Origin: Tubulanus polymorphus
Taxonomy: Eukaryota > Animalia > Nemertea
DNA length: 64,000 nt
NCBI RefSeq assembly: GCF_964204645.1
Contig: NC_134026.1
Span: 12,733,950-12,797,949, forward strand
Direction: 5' to 3'
The first letter of the stretch is position 1, and the number at the start of each line of letters is the position of its first letter. This document shows positions 12,386-24,028 of the stretch, in pieces. The notes beneath the pieces were generated by a model. That model searched no databases. It saw only the letters and a list, made by a program, of their open reading frames with translations, and was not told the DNA's origin. Both the position numbers and the translations under genes were made by a program.

Positions 12386-12614
12386 GTCAGCAAAGACAGG
12401 TTTTAAAGACGCCCGCGATTGTAGTCGCCGAGAAGTACGCTCCGTCAAAAAGACAACAAAAACAACTAACGAAAACACGTAAGATCGTCACCGATAGTAG
12501 TATACGAAGCATAAACATACGGAGAATCTAATGAAGCCAATCTGTAAGTTCTCTACTCGTTAGAATTGTTAACTTTACCGTTGAAAGGAAAACAGCAAAG
12601 TTTCGAAATTCAAA

Positions 12615-14753
12615 ATGGCGCCACCCTCTCCTACTACACAACAGCACAGCGGAAGCGCTACTTCCGCCCTACTGTCGTTGTTGGACCTAGAAGAGATGCC
12701 AACGTCACAGGATGTTCTACGGCTGCAGTACTTAACTCTTGCTCGTGAAATACACCCAGATAGGAATAATTCTCTGGACTCGACCTCTAAATTCCAAAAA
12801 TTGAATGCAGCGTATATTCAATTGCGAGAAATATTGCATAACAGTCAAATTTCATCACCGTCAGGCAGTGACAAACGTCGAAGATCCTTCCGCGAGGACG
12901 ATAACGTCGGTATTCCAAACAAAAGTATAAACATTAGTGAGAAATCGCAGTCACTCGTTATTGATCTTTCGCATTGCAAGGACAAAATTAAGCTATTTCA
13001 CTCGGAATTTAGATCGCAGTATGGAAACCCTGTTGATAGAGGGGATCATGGCGTACATTTCAGCGGTGTGTATGTTGACACTCAAAACATTGCATTGGGA
13101 ACGGTACACATTACCTTGTATAAGGGATCAACTAAAAAATCTCCGAAACTACACATTCAGGGTTCCTCCTACTTAGTTTGGCTAAGCGAGGCCTTACCTC
13201 AGTTGTTGGAGAGAATCTTCAAGAAAGTTCCATCGCAATCTGCGTTATCCGTGAGTTCTTCAAAGCAGAATGACAAAAAATCCTGCTGCTCCGCATGCAC
13301 CGGGCCGGACACGAACAGCATGATCCAATGTTCACTATGCGAAGGTTGGACCCATAACAAATGCACCAGCCTGTCGAAAAATGAACTAGCACTTGCGACA
13401 TCAGATGTTAGAGAGCTCTATATATGCAACCCCTGCGGCACCGCACTTACAGTAGCGCCGGCCAGCGATGCTAGTTCGGGGCACGCGTGCGCATCGAACA
13501 AGACAGAAGCACAAATCCAAACTGAGCCACAACCTTCGAATACTCGTACCGCTAGTTGTCAAACCGATATGACAGTAATTGACGGTGAAGACATAATGAA
13601 TATGTTTAACTCGATGCAACAATCAACGGTAAACTTATTGCAGCAGGTAAATCAATGCTCACAGTCTTCTCAAATAAAACAGCTGCAACAAAAACTTGAA
13701 GATTGCACAAAACGCGTAGACCACATCAACGAACTAATGGTCGCAGTGAGTGAAACGGCTAAGACAACTGAACATTTAAAGAAAATCTCGGACCGGAGTG
13801 TTAACCGCACACGCGATATCTTACAGAAAGTCTGTAACACAGAAACTAGACTCGATAACCTGCAAGATATAGCCTCGAAATCGCTTGAGGCCATCCAAAC
13901 GTTTCAGTCACAAGGAACCGACCTTGATGACAAATACTCTATGATATCATCGACGTCGTCACTAGGATTATACGGGGACAACGAAGAATCTAAATCGAAG
14001 CCAGCCGGAAAAACTGTGCATAATCTAACGCGCCGCAAAAGAGATAAGTACCGCGAGGTTCACAACAATACGTATTACAATCAGCTAGAACGCCCCTTGT
14101 ACAGTGAGAGGCGCCATGGACTGGAAAATAGATGTGACAAATATCCGCCGGAAATATCTAGAGAGAGCAACCGTGATATCCGTGACAACACAAATCCGCC
14201 AGAACGCGTGCGTCGCCAAAATAATGTGTTTATCATCGGAGACTCGAACATCCGATATATCGACACTAACCGCTCTGTGAACGATCAATGTCAGGTTGAA
14301 AAATTTACGGCGTATACAATTAAAGAAGCAGGGCAAGTTGTCGATAGAATTAGAAGCGAAAACCCTGCATGCATCGTTTTGCATGTTGGTAATAACGATA
14401 TCCGAAACCTACATTGTGCCAATACCTGTGTAGATCGCTTTGTTAGCCTTGTGAACAAAATTAAGTTCTACTTCCCAGATACACGATTGGTTATTTCCCA
14501 GATACCGCCTAGATTCGACCATCAAAGTCTTGGTGACCAGTCTGCAACCTTTAACTATACCGTCGAATCGCTTGCAGCTGCAGATAAAAATGCTTACGTT
14601 ATTCGTCACGACAACCGGAATGACCGACGTCGATACTACAGAGACGACCTCCACATTAACAACAAGAACGGTATAAGGCAATTTGCGAACAATCTAGCCA
14701 CTGGTGTAAGACGGGCTCTAAAATTATTTACCCGTCCAAGAATACATAATTAA
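12615..14753 (+). CDS. LINE ORF1p: J-domain (DnaJ, HPD) + PHD finger + coiled coil + SGNH esterase
   Basis: LRLQYLTLAREIHPDRN..KFQKLNAAY; CSAC...MIQCSLCEGWTHNKC...YICNPC; IIGDSN, LHVGNND, DDLH; uninterrupted 712 aa. Confidence 0.9.
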   Translation: MAPPSPTTQQHSGSATSALLSLLDLEEMPTSQDVLRLQYLTLAREIHPDRNNSLDSTSKFQKLNAAYIQLREILHNSQISSPSGSDKRRRSFREDDNVGIPNKSINISEKSQSLVIDLSHCKDKIKLFHSEFRSQYGNPVDRGDHGVHFSGVYVDTQNIALGTVHITLYKGSTKKSPKLHIQGSSYLVWLSEALPQLLERIFKKVPSQSALSVSSSKQNDKKSCCSACTGPDTNSMIQCSLCEGWTHNKCTSLSKNELALATSDVRELYICNPCGTALTVAPASDASSGHACASNKTEAQIQTEPQPSNTRTASCQTDMTVIDGEDIMNMFNSMQQSTVNLLQQVNQCSQSSQIKQLQQKLEDCTKRVDHINELMVAVSETAKTTEHLKKISDRSVNRTRDILQKVCNTETRLDNLQDIASKSLEAIQTFQSQGTDLDDKYSMISSTSSLGLYGDNEESKSKPAGKTVHNLTRRKRDKYREVHNNTYYNQLERPLYSERRHGLENRCDKYPPEISRESNRDIRDNTNPPERVRRQNNVFIIGDSNIRYIDTNRSVNDQCQVEKFTAYTIKEAGQVVDRIRSENPACIVLHVGNNDIRNLHCANTCVDRFVSLVNKIKFYFPDTRLVISQIPPRFDHQSLGDQSATFNYTVESLAAADKNAYVIRHDNRNDRRRYYRDDLHINNKNGIRQFANNLATGVRRALKLFTRPRIHN

Positions 14754-14829
14754 TTTAATAACCACTACTGAAATTTGTTTATAACACTCCTCCGGTTAGG
14801 AAGAAGTCTCCTGCCTGAACGGAATAATA

Positions 14830-17800
14830 ATGCTCCTACTTAATATATGTGCATGGAATATACATGGTCTCTCTAGCCAGTACATGGATAAATTAAATGA
14901 TGTATGTTTCCAAAACCTGGTAAAACCATATGATATTGTATGTCTTACGGAAACCCATACCGGTGAAGATTTTATCCCCCAACTTGACGGCTACTTTACG
15001 ATCCAGAGAACGAAACCCACATATTAATAGGAACTACGGCGGTATTGCAATTCTATGTAGAGATCATCTAAAAAAGCAGATTAGAGTGACCGAGAGGCCC
15101 TCCTCAGAAATAATCTGGCTAAAATTCACAGAATATCCTAAATCTAGACCTATCTTCATTGCTATATGTTACCTCAGCCCTCTAAATTCATCATTTGGTG
15201 TAAAAAAACTCAGAGGAAAACTTTGGGATATTGGAGCGTGGATGTGTAAAGTACTCAAGCTTGGGGGAAGTGTTGCTTATAGGTGACCTGAACGCAAGAA
15301 CAGGATTGAAAAATGAATGTACCAATATTGATGAAAATGATAGAAAGTATCTGCCAGGAATATCAGAAATGAATTTGTCTATTCAGAATATCTCCCCACG
15401 GAGAAATAAGGATTGCACTACTAATAAAATGGGAAGAAACATTATCAATTTGTGTGAAGGCAATAATCTATGTATTTTAAATGGTCGTTGTCCTGGTGAC
15501 AGTTTTGGGGAATATACATGCCATCAATGGAACGGCAGTAGTGTGGTTGACTTAGCTATAGCCAATGAAAGCCTATATCCACGCATTAAATATTTCTATG
15601 TGCACCATCTGACTGAGCTATCTGATCATTGCGCTATTTCACTCGGCTTTGAATACAAAAGAGATGTACCTCCTAGACCCAAGAATTCCTCGGTTGGTCA
15701 GTCTAATTTTTATAACAAGCAATTTTCTAAACTCAAAGATGTAGAAGAGGTCAACTCTTACCTTTCTAATCCGGAAATATTGTGTAAATTAGATCAATTT
15801 CTTAAGGGTGAAATATGGACTACTGAAGGTGTAAATATCGAAACGTTAAATGAAATAGTGAATAATTTTGTATCCATATTGAATACCAATGTCAAAACAA
15901 AGGTTCAGAATCCTAAGGTGCAGAAGAATACCGGTAAGAAGAGTTGGTTTGATAAGGAATGTATGTCGTTGAAAAAGAACTTACAGTTAACAGGCAGAAA
16001 ATTACGTTATGAAACAGATGGGGAGAAAAGGCAGAAATATTTCATTTTAAAAAAACGATATAAGAAAACTCTTAGGACAAAACGTGCAATATTCAGACAA
16101 TCTGAGCTGTCAAAATTAACTTCGCTAAAATGTAGACCCAGGGAGTTTTGGAAAATTATCAAAAATCTAAACAAGGATGGTGAAAAACCAGTCAATGACA
16201 ATTATACCCCTAATTCTACGGAATTTATCAACCACTTTAAGTCGCTGAACGCTGCCAAAATTTGTCATGAAAATGTTGTCTAAGACAACTTACCTGAAGC
16301 CGACAATGTTTTTACAGAATTAGACTACCGGATTACTGAAGAAGAAATATCCAATGCTCTGTCTAAACTTAAAAACAGTAGATCCCAGGGCTTGATGGAA
16401 TAACTAACGAGCTACTTAAATATGGCAAAGACTACATTATCAAACCACTTGCCAAATTGTTCAATTTCGTTTACTCAAACGGTATATTCCCGACATCTTG
16501 GTCCGAAGGTCTTATTGTACCTCTGCTAAAAAAAGGCGACAGAACACTGCCAGATAATTATAGAGGAATCACACTGGGTAGCTGTTTGGGTAAAGCTTTT
16601 TGCCAGGTTCTCAATAACAGACTTAGTAATTACCTTATAAATTAAAACCTAATAACCCCCAACCAGATTGGTTTTATGCCAAAAAGTAGAACTACAGATC
16701 ACATGTTAACTTTAAAAAAACTCGTAGATTCCAAATTGTCCACCTCGGGTAAATTGTATTGTTGCTTCATAGATCTCAGGAAGGCATTTGACTCTGTATG
16801 GCATCAAGGTCTCATACATAAACTAAGAAAATCTGAAATTGGAAGTCACTTCAATAAAATAATTAAAAGTATGTATGAAAACATGACATGCCGTCTAAAA
16901 CTAGGACAATTTTCTGCATCTGATAAATTTGAGTCTTGCATTGGAGTACAGCAGGGGAACGTGTTGAGCCCCATGCTTTTTAACCTTTATGTGAATGATA
17001 TTGTATCGATTTTTGATGAAGAATGTGATCCAACCACCATTGGGAAATTACTTGTAAATTGTTTGTTGTACGCTGACGATTTGGTACTCGTGTCTAATTC
17101 GGAAAGGGGTCTCCAGAAATGTCTCGATAAACTGTCAAAATACTGTGAAACATGGAAATTAGAAATTAACACTGAAAAGAGCAAATGCATGATTTTCAAC
17201 AAGAAAGGACAAATGTCGATTCATTCTAAATTTTACCTAGGCAATCAAGAAGTTGATATTGTAAAAGAGTATAAATATCTTGGTTTGATGTTTTGTTCAA
17301 CAGGTAGTTTCCAAAGGGCTAGAGAGGAACTATTCAAGTCAGCGAGTAGGGCTATGTTTGCAGTACAGAGGTTAATAGGTAGCCAAAATTGCCCCCCTGA
17401 TATATCGCTCCAATTATTTGACACTCTAGTAACCCCTATACTCCTATATGGATGCGAAATATGGTTACCTAAGAGAAACTTAGCAAAACGAATCCATAAG
17501 AATATGGACAAAAAACCTTTTTACCTAGAAGAATCATTCGAAAAAGACGACCTAAACAAACTAATGGTTAGATTCTGTAAATATATTTTGATGGTCAATA
17601 AAAAAGCTACCAACTTAGCGGTTCTGGGCGAGTTGGGTAGACTACCTTTGTATATTAATGCATTTGTACATATTGTCAAATATTATAAACACCTGGTTGG
17701 CTCTGTAAATAGTATGGTAAATATTGTGCTAATGAACTTAGATGTAAATAGTGACTGGAATACCTTCCTGAAATGTATCATGACATTAACTAACTGTGAG

Positions 17801-18298
17801 GATTTACTAGACAAAGGTGGATTCATCTCATTTACTGACATCAGAAACTTCAAGCATATACTCCAGGAACGCTACAAACTATTTTGGAAATCTAAATTAC
17901 ATTCATACAACAAATTGAACCTATACAATCAATATAAATTTGACTTTACTTTGGAATACTACTTACTTTCGGATATACCTAAATCAAATAAAAGAGCTAT
18001 CTCAAAATTAAGAATTAGCGCACACAAGTTAGCCATTGAAACAGGAAGGTATACCAGTACACCAAAAGAACAAAGACTTTGCACAAGTTGCAATGTAATA
18101 GAAGATGAGCTACATTTTCTACTTGAATGTACAAAGTTACAGGAGCTCAGGAAAGACCTTTTGACGGAATTTGAAAAATATTATCCTCTTCATGAAAATG
18201 AGATCAATTCTGAAAAATTCAAAATTATCATGTGTTCCCCTAAACTAACCAAAGCTCTCGGAAAGTTCACCGCATTGGGATTCGAACAACGTATGTAA
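14830..18298 (+). pseudogene. LINE ORF2p: APE endonuclease + reverse transcriptase + C-terminal CCHC, five lesions
   Basis: WNIHGL, LTETH, GDLNAR, SDH; YRGITL, FIDLRKAFDSV, GVQQGNVLSP, YADD, YLG; LRISAHKLAIETGRY..C..C..EDELHF..C; frameshifts near 15015, 15205 and 16388, stops at 16281 and 16643. Confidence 0.93.
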
Positions 18299-18461
18299 AT
18301 AATCGATCACTGTTATTGTTATTTAAAAAAAAAAATGTTTATTCATATTTTTCAACTGCGTTTTTAGTATGATTTCCTATAAATTTTGTATTTTACCCTT
18401 TTCTCATCTTTATTGTAAAAAAAAAAAAAACCTGACTAGTATTTTATATTACTCAAAGGAC

Positions 18462-18495
18462 AATAAAGATATATTGAATTGAATTGAATTGAATT
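18462..18495 (+). terminator. LINE polyadenylation signal and (TTGAA)n tail
   Basis: AATAAA followed by TTGAATTGAATTGAATTGAATT. Confidence 0.8.
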
Positions 18496-19289
18496 AGAGT
18501 GCATCGCTGGAGGGTTTCCGATCCAATTTGAATTGGTGCGGTGGCGCTCTCAATGCGGAAGTTTTTGTGAATTTTTCAGTCGGCGACGGACGTTTATCGT
18601 TGTAAGTGATGTAATATGTAAAAAAATGCGAGGAAACCTATCTCAATTTGTTTTTAGCGTTGCAGCGGAACTAATAAGGAACATTTTGATATATAACATG
18701 ACTATAGTACACTATCCCTGATGGAATAATAAGCTCCACTCGACAAACTCGTTCCCGTGCATTTTTATCTCTCTGTTTTACACACACAGCCCCTCTACCA
18801 TCAATGCCTAACCCCTGTTCGACCAACTGTGGGCGTTTTCCTTTGAAACATAAGCCTAATTGTAAAAGATAAGCATTAATCTATGTTAATGCTGCATCTT
18901 TATCATGAAACCTAAGAAAGATAGATTATTCTTTTATTTAGGCCTATTCAAATTTTCTGTCCACTACCACGTGGAAATAAGACCCAGTCAAAATTGTGCG
19001 TCACGCTTTGACGAAGAAATTGGTTCTAGGCTATAAATTTTACGACTCAAACGAATCTTTTCCTCAACAAAGCTGCTTTTAGTTTGATGCAAAATGAAAT
19101 TTGCTTTTAAAATGTGTAACTGGGCCTAATCAAAAGGATATTTCAAAAGCAAACTTTGCCGGGCCAAGAGCCATATTGAATTCAATTTTTTCCGAACCAT
19201 TATGCCTCTTTCATCATAACATTATTTATCCTATTTCAAGATCTTAGGCCTACAAGTAGAGAGAGGACCTACGTTGGGTTCAAATCGGA

Positions 19290-19810
19290 ATTTTAAGATT
19301 TATTTCATTTAATTCCAGGTTTTCACTGTAGATTATCAAAGACATGTGGCGTTGTGGGAGTTCATAGTTGTTTGATAATCCATCATTTGTAAGTGTAAGG
19401 CTATTTGAGGGATTCGAAACCGACATTTTGTAAGTTTTGTAGCTTTATTACGTTTAATTCCAGATGTTTATCATGACACGTTTCATTTTGGGGGTTTGTC
19501 AGCGAGTTGGTATGCTGTCGGCAGAAGTAGTTTGATAATTCGTTTCATGTAAGTAAACAGCTATTTGAAGGATTCGAAACCGAAATCTGTATTGTGAATT
19601 TTTTAGTTGTATTTTGTTTGATTCTAGGTGAATAGGACATGATTCATTTTGGGAGTTTGTCCGCGAGTTTGTATACTGTCAAATGAAGTTTCTTCGTCAA
19701 TTTGTCGTATGTAAGTATCAATCTATAGGTTATATAGGCCCTATTAGGGGTTCGATACAGAAATTTGGTGAATTCCTCAGATTTATTTTAATTTATTCCA
19801 GGTTGTTATC
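19290..19810. repeat. Degenerate ~170-180-bp tandem repeat (about 3 copies)
   Basis: Recurring GGATTCGAAACCGA, TTCCAG and TTCATTTTGGG..TTTGTC.GCGAGTT blocks. Confidence 0.6.
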
Positions 19811-21768
19811 AGAAAAATATGTACTTTATTTCATAGGTTGGTCTTTGATTGAAAACTAAAAATGGATGATAGTTCTAAATTTGATGTTGATTCACATGAC
19901 CAATCTAGTAAGTATGGCTCACTCGTCTTTTAGAATAAGAGACCTATTGCATTAATCCTTCAATTCAAGTTGCTATACAACCTTTTATACAGATATTTAC
20001 CTTATCAATATAAACATGTATTTGCCATTAGCCATACAATTCAGTAAAACTTTTCCCGTCCAGATTTTGAAACATCATTTGACTCAATTTTTCCTCCTAG
20101 AAAATTGCTTTAGCTCATTCCAATGTTCGCAGTAAGAGTGAATGTAGCATGTATGATTCCCATCCATCAATTTTGTCTTGTTTCGTATTTTTAGCGAAAA
20201 TCTTGAAAAAGTCTGACGTCGAGGCAGGTGGTGGCCAGACAAAGACATATTCTTGGGAAATATTTAAAGACGCATGGCAAACACACTTATTGTTCAATTT
20301 TTTCCTATCCTTATTTTGAAATTGAAGTATTGTAATAAACTATTGATTTATTTTTGTTGATCAACGCAACTAGTTTGTTGTTTTCTTTCTTAATTTACAT
20401 TTGAATTGGATGGTTATCTTGCGTAGGAGTCAGTTTGTCATCGAAGCAATACAGTCTAACTTGTTGACGTCTCAGATGCAGCGGGGCAGGGCGGTCATTA
20501 TATTGTGGACTTATCCAAATTACACTTAACCAGCCCAACGTGTTTCAGTGTGTAAACTCTGCCGTACTCGGCATTATAAGACAGTGAGGAATTGAGTTTT
20601 AGTCACCCGAGCCCTCGGCTTGATTCGACCAAAAAGACCTTAACTGACTTCACAGAATTTGATTATGAGTCAAGGATTTTCTAAATTTCTGAATGCTTTC
20701 TCTGGTTTTAAGATCAATTCAAATTCAATCTTCAAAATATTTTATTGAAAGAAATTCTACTGAAGACAGATTTTGAAATGAAGGATATATCCAGGCAAAT
20801 AATTACAGCAAAATCAACTGATGATCATCAAGGTGAAGTTTTCATTCATCTTCGGCTAATTTGTCTACCCCTGATGATTGAAGTATTTTGGTTACTCGTG
20901 CCAATTAGTCAGCCACAGTCGATTTTCATGCCATCTGACCTCTTTCAATCTGTAATTAAGCAATCAAATGTAAGAATTACTTAGGTAAGGAGCGAAATAA
21001 TATATAGATAGCTTAGGAGACTATTTGAAATCATGAGTTTGTTGTGAAAATCTATTACTACAGTCTCGTAGAGCATAGACACCAAGCCACGTGGCATTGG
21101 TATTTTAAGGGCTATTCAGTTTACTCCAAAACAAGTCAATGATTAACATTAAAAAAGCTTCATATCAAGGGTATGTCGCAGGACTCGTGACGCCCATGAA
21201 TTATCATCCCATAATTACAATGAATCCAATTCTGCATGTACCGGTACGTTAGTACGACTGATTACTAATCCAAATATTGCATTACAAAAAAAAAATTACG
21301 CAAAACGTCAAGTACTTACAGCATCTGAGACTGTTGCGCTTAAGTTAGCGTGTTAAGTTACGTCTTTGGCTGTCAATGTCGAAAAAGCCTAATTTGAAAC
21401 ATACATTTGCGCACTGTGGTTTAATATTCCTGCAAGAATCCGCAAAGGAATGGAAGACCGTAGTGACCAGTTCATTCTACGAATAATAGCTGGAAAGAAA
21501 GTAATCAAAATAAATTGTCATGCACATTCAGTGTAAACCAGGCCATAACTAGCTGCTATTAAGGCATTCCACTGACTGGCTCTACCCATTATATTTAGGG
21601 CCTAAATCTATTCTAGGCGCATCCCCCAAAAAAGCTAGGCATTAAGTAAGTAGCCAACAATGATCATTGCTTCACCAAGTAGGCCTACTCATTTGCTACC
21701 ATACTCATATTATTAAAGAAATCATTTAATACATTCCCTGGTTAACGGATTCTCACCTTAAAATACAT

Positions 21769-21805
21769 CATAGAACTATAACGGAATATCCGTTATAGTT
21801 CTATG
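21769..21805. mobile_element. 37-bp palindrome with 7-bp TSD; probable P-element-type excision footprint
   Basis: CATAGAACTATAACGGA-ATA-TCCGTTATAGTTCTATG flanked by AATACAT on both sides. Confidence 0.75.
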
Positions 21806-22136
21806 AATACATAAACTCCGCTGTCGTTGTCATCGATACGAGTCGTCAACTGAACGCGGAAGTAAAATTCCGTGTGAAAATTCCTACAATTTCTGTCCGT
21901 ATCACGTTGATTTGACCCCGAAATCTTCAGGAAATGTAGCCAACGTAAATTGATTTACGAATAGAATTAATCAATTGACTCATTTTAGAAATCATGGTTT
22001 CGTGAAATTCATTAAAGTCCTAAAACTCGCGATAAATTTAAGCCGAAAATGATTTCAACCATCCACCATGTCGTTTCATTAGTAAAACAATTGTTGCGCG
22101 CCGGCGCTGTACTGTGATAATGCATGGTTTCACTAG

Positions 22137-22197
22137 AATTCGAACCCTCGACCACTCAGTCGGGAGTCAAACACCTTATCCACCATGCCACAGGACA
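22137..22197 (-). mobile_element. tRNA-derived SINE head
   Basis: Minus-strand A-box-like TGGCATGGTGG and B-box GGTTCGAATTC with tRNA-like spacing; no full cloverleaf. Confidence 0.55.
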
Positions 22198-22387
22198 GGA
22201 CGCTGTTGTTATCGTTAGTGGGAGTACCGGACAGGGCGAGTCGCGATTGCTACTATCATCCGGTGTTATCTTTCAGTAAGTAATTTTAAGTTTAAAATAG
22301 GACGGAGAGTGCATAGGTATAATCTACGCGGAGCGAATGCGTGTTATATTGCTATCAGAATTCTACATTTCAATTAGAAGCAGTTAG

Positions 22388-22710
22388 TTGTCGAATCTGA
22401 TAGAAGATGAATTTTATGTGCGAAAAAAAAGTGGAAAATATGTAAATAATAATAATAACAATCAACAGAATTACAAAAGGGTTTTCGACGAAAGTCAGAA
22501 AACCCTAATTAGAGAATCTTTAAGATTTGATGAATTAGATGAAGATTTTATCATTGATGATATTAAAAGAATAATAACTGGAATATATGAAAATGAAACT
22601 AATAATACTATAAATGTTGAAATAATTATAACTAAGATAATTAAATATTTTGAAGATAGTAATTTTTTTGATAAATAAATGAGTGATAATAAGTGGATAA
22701 TAACTGGACC
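22388..22710 (+). mobile_element. Isolated Polinton-like AT-rich fragment (end of one ORF, start of the next)
   Basis: N/I/D/E-rich 96-aa frame ending in the same TTTTTTT-GATAAATAAATG start motif as the Polinton genes. Confidence 0.55.
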
Positions 22711-23360
22711 TACTCTGCGCGGTTGCGCCACCGCGCGGGATTTACGCGAAGCAGCAGAACACAAACACGGCCACTCTCAATTTTCAATGATAGAAAGTTG
22801 TGTGCATTTCAATTATTTCGGCTGTTAGGGTTTTAAGGCTGAATATGATGTGATATGGCGATGTTAATTAATGATAATTCCGCAGTGAAGCTAGTCACGT
22901 ACGGTGCCGATTGAGTGTACAGCTGCCAAAAACACTGAAATGTGCGTAGTTGCGTAACTATTTGCAGTGAATTGCAGACGAAACATGAAGCCTTGACGGC
23001 CGTTTAGAAAAAATTTATACCAATCGCAATTGTAAAATAAAAATGAGATAGAACCTTAGTTAAAATTCTGGCCATTTCTAAAATGTTATTAATTATTATT
23101 ACTAATTTTTAGTCAGTGCGGAACGTTTACTTTTCCAACAATAATGCGGGGTGGTAGGTAGTCATGCAATTCAAGTCATCATTCATTACACGTTACTTCC
23201 GTGTTGTTGAAAATCTCGCGAGTCCTGGACCAAACCCCATTGAACAATGTGATCTGTGTGCTGGCCACAAATGCACACAGATCACACTACACTACCCATT
23301 ACACACTCCAGTACCCACAGCTTTCATATATCCATCCAAATATTTAGAGTGTCTTTCTTC

Positions 23361-23558
23361 CTGGATTATATAATGGAGCATTATTATCAGTTGGAACTGT
23401 TGGTTATTCAATGGTATAAAAAAAAGTATTTAAAATGGGAAGTGTTAATGTTGATAGATTTGATATAAATGATATTTTAAAATTAACATTAGCAGTTACT
23501 TTATTTAATTTAACTATTGATTATTTGGAAAAACAAAAATATATTCCTCCTATATAAA
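23361..23558 (+). pseudogene. Small Polinton membrane-protein gene remnant
   Basis: GLYNGALLSVGTVGYSMV..KVFKMG...DILKLTLAVTLFNLTIDYLEKQKYIP with one frameshift. Confidence 0.5.
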
Positions 23559-23580
23559 TGCATATTTTTTTGCTTAATAA

Positions 23581-24003
23581 ATGGAATCTGCAATTATAAC
23601 TATTATAGGATCGGCAATTGTTAACGCTTTAGCATTTACTGGTGGTGGTTATTTATTTAAGCATATTGATAAAAATGGTTCATTATCAGAACAAGAAAGA
23701 CATAATTTAGCATTAGAGAAATACAATAAAGCAGCAGAAGAATATAGAGAAAAGAGACAAAACTATATGGATTACATCAATAAAGAATTATATGATCAGA
23801 AAATTTCACATAGAGATTTTCAATCAGTCGATGATGCAATGAGTTTATATAACGCGGTAACCAATAAAGAAAAATTACATCTATACAAACCTAAATTATC
23901 AGATTATTATACCCCAAGTAAAGAACAACAGAAATATGAAATAATTTTGATTTTAGGTGGAACAGTTATTGTTATATTTGTAGCATATAAATTTACGAAT
24001 TAA
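23581..24003 (+). CDS. Polinton hypothetical protein with N- and C-terminal hydrophobic segments
   Basis: 140 aa; IGSAIVNALAFTGGGYLF, EQERHNLALEKY, C-terminal TM; TAAATG start. Confidence 0.75.
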   Translation: MESAIITIIGSAIVNALAFTGGGYLFKHIDKNGSLSEQERHNLALEKYNKAAEEYREKRQNYMDYINKELYDQKISHRDFQSVDDAMSLYNAVTNKEKLHLYKPKLSDYYTPSKEQQKYEIILILGGTVIVIFVAYKFTN

Positions 24004-24028
24004 TTATATATTATTTTTTGCTAAATAA

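Larger units (their letters stand above)
10551..18495 (+). mobile_element. Full-length non-LTR retrotransposon (RTE-X-like; esterase-type ORF1, APE-RT ORF2)
   Basis: 5' UTR split by a MULE, ORF1, ORF2, AATAAA at 18462 and (TTGAA)n tail; clade assignment tentative. Confidence 0.9.
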
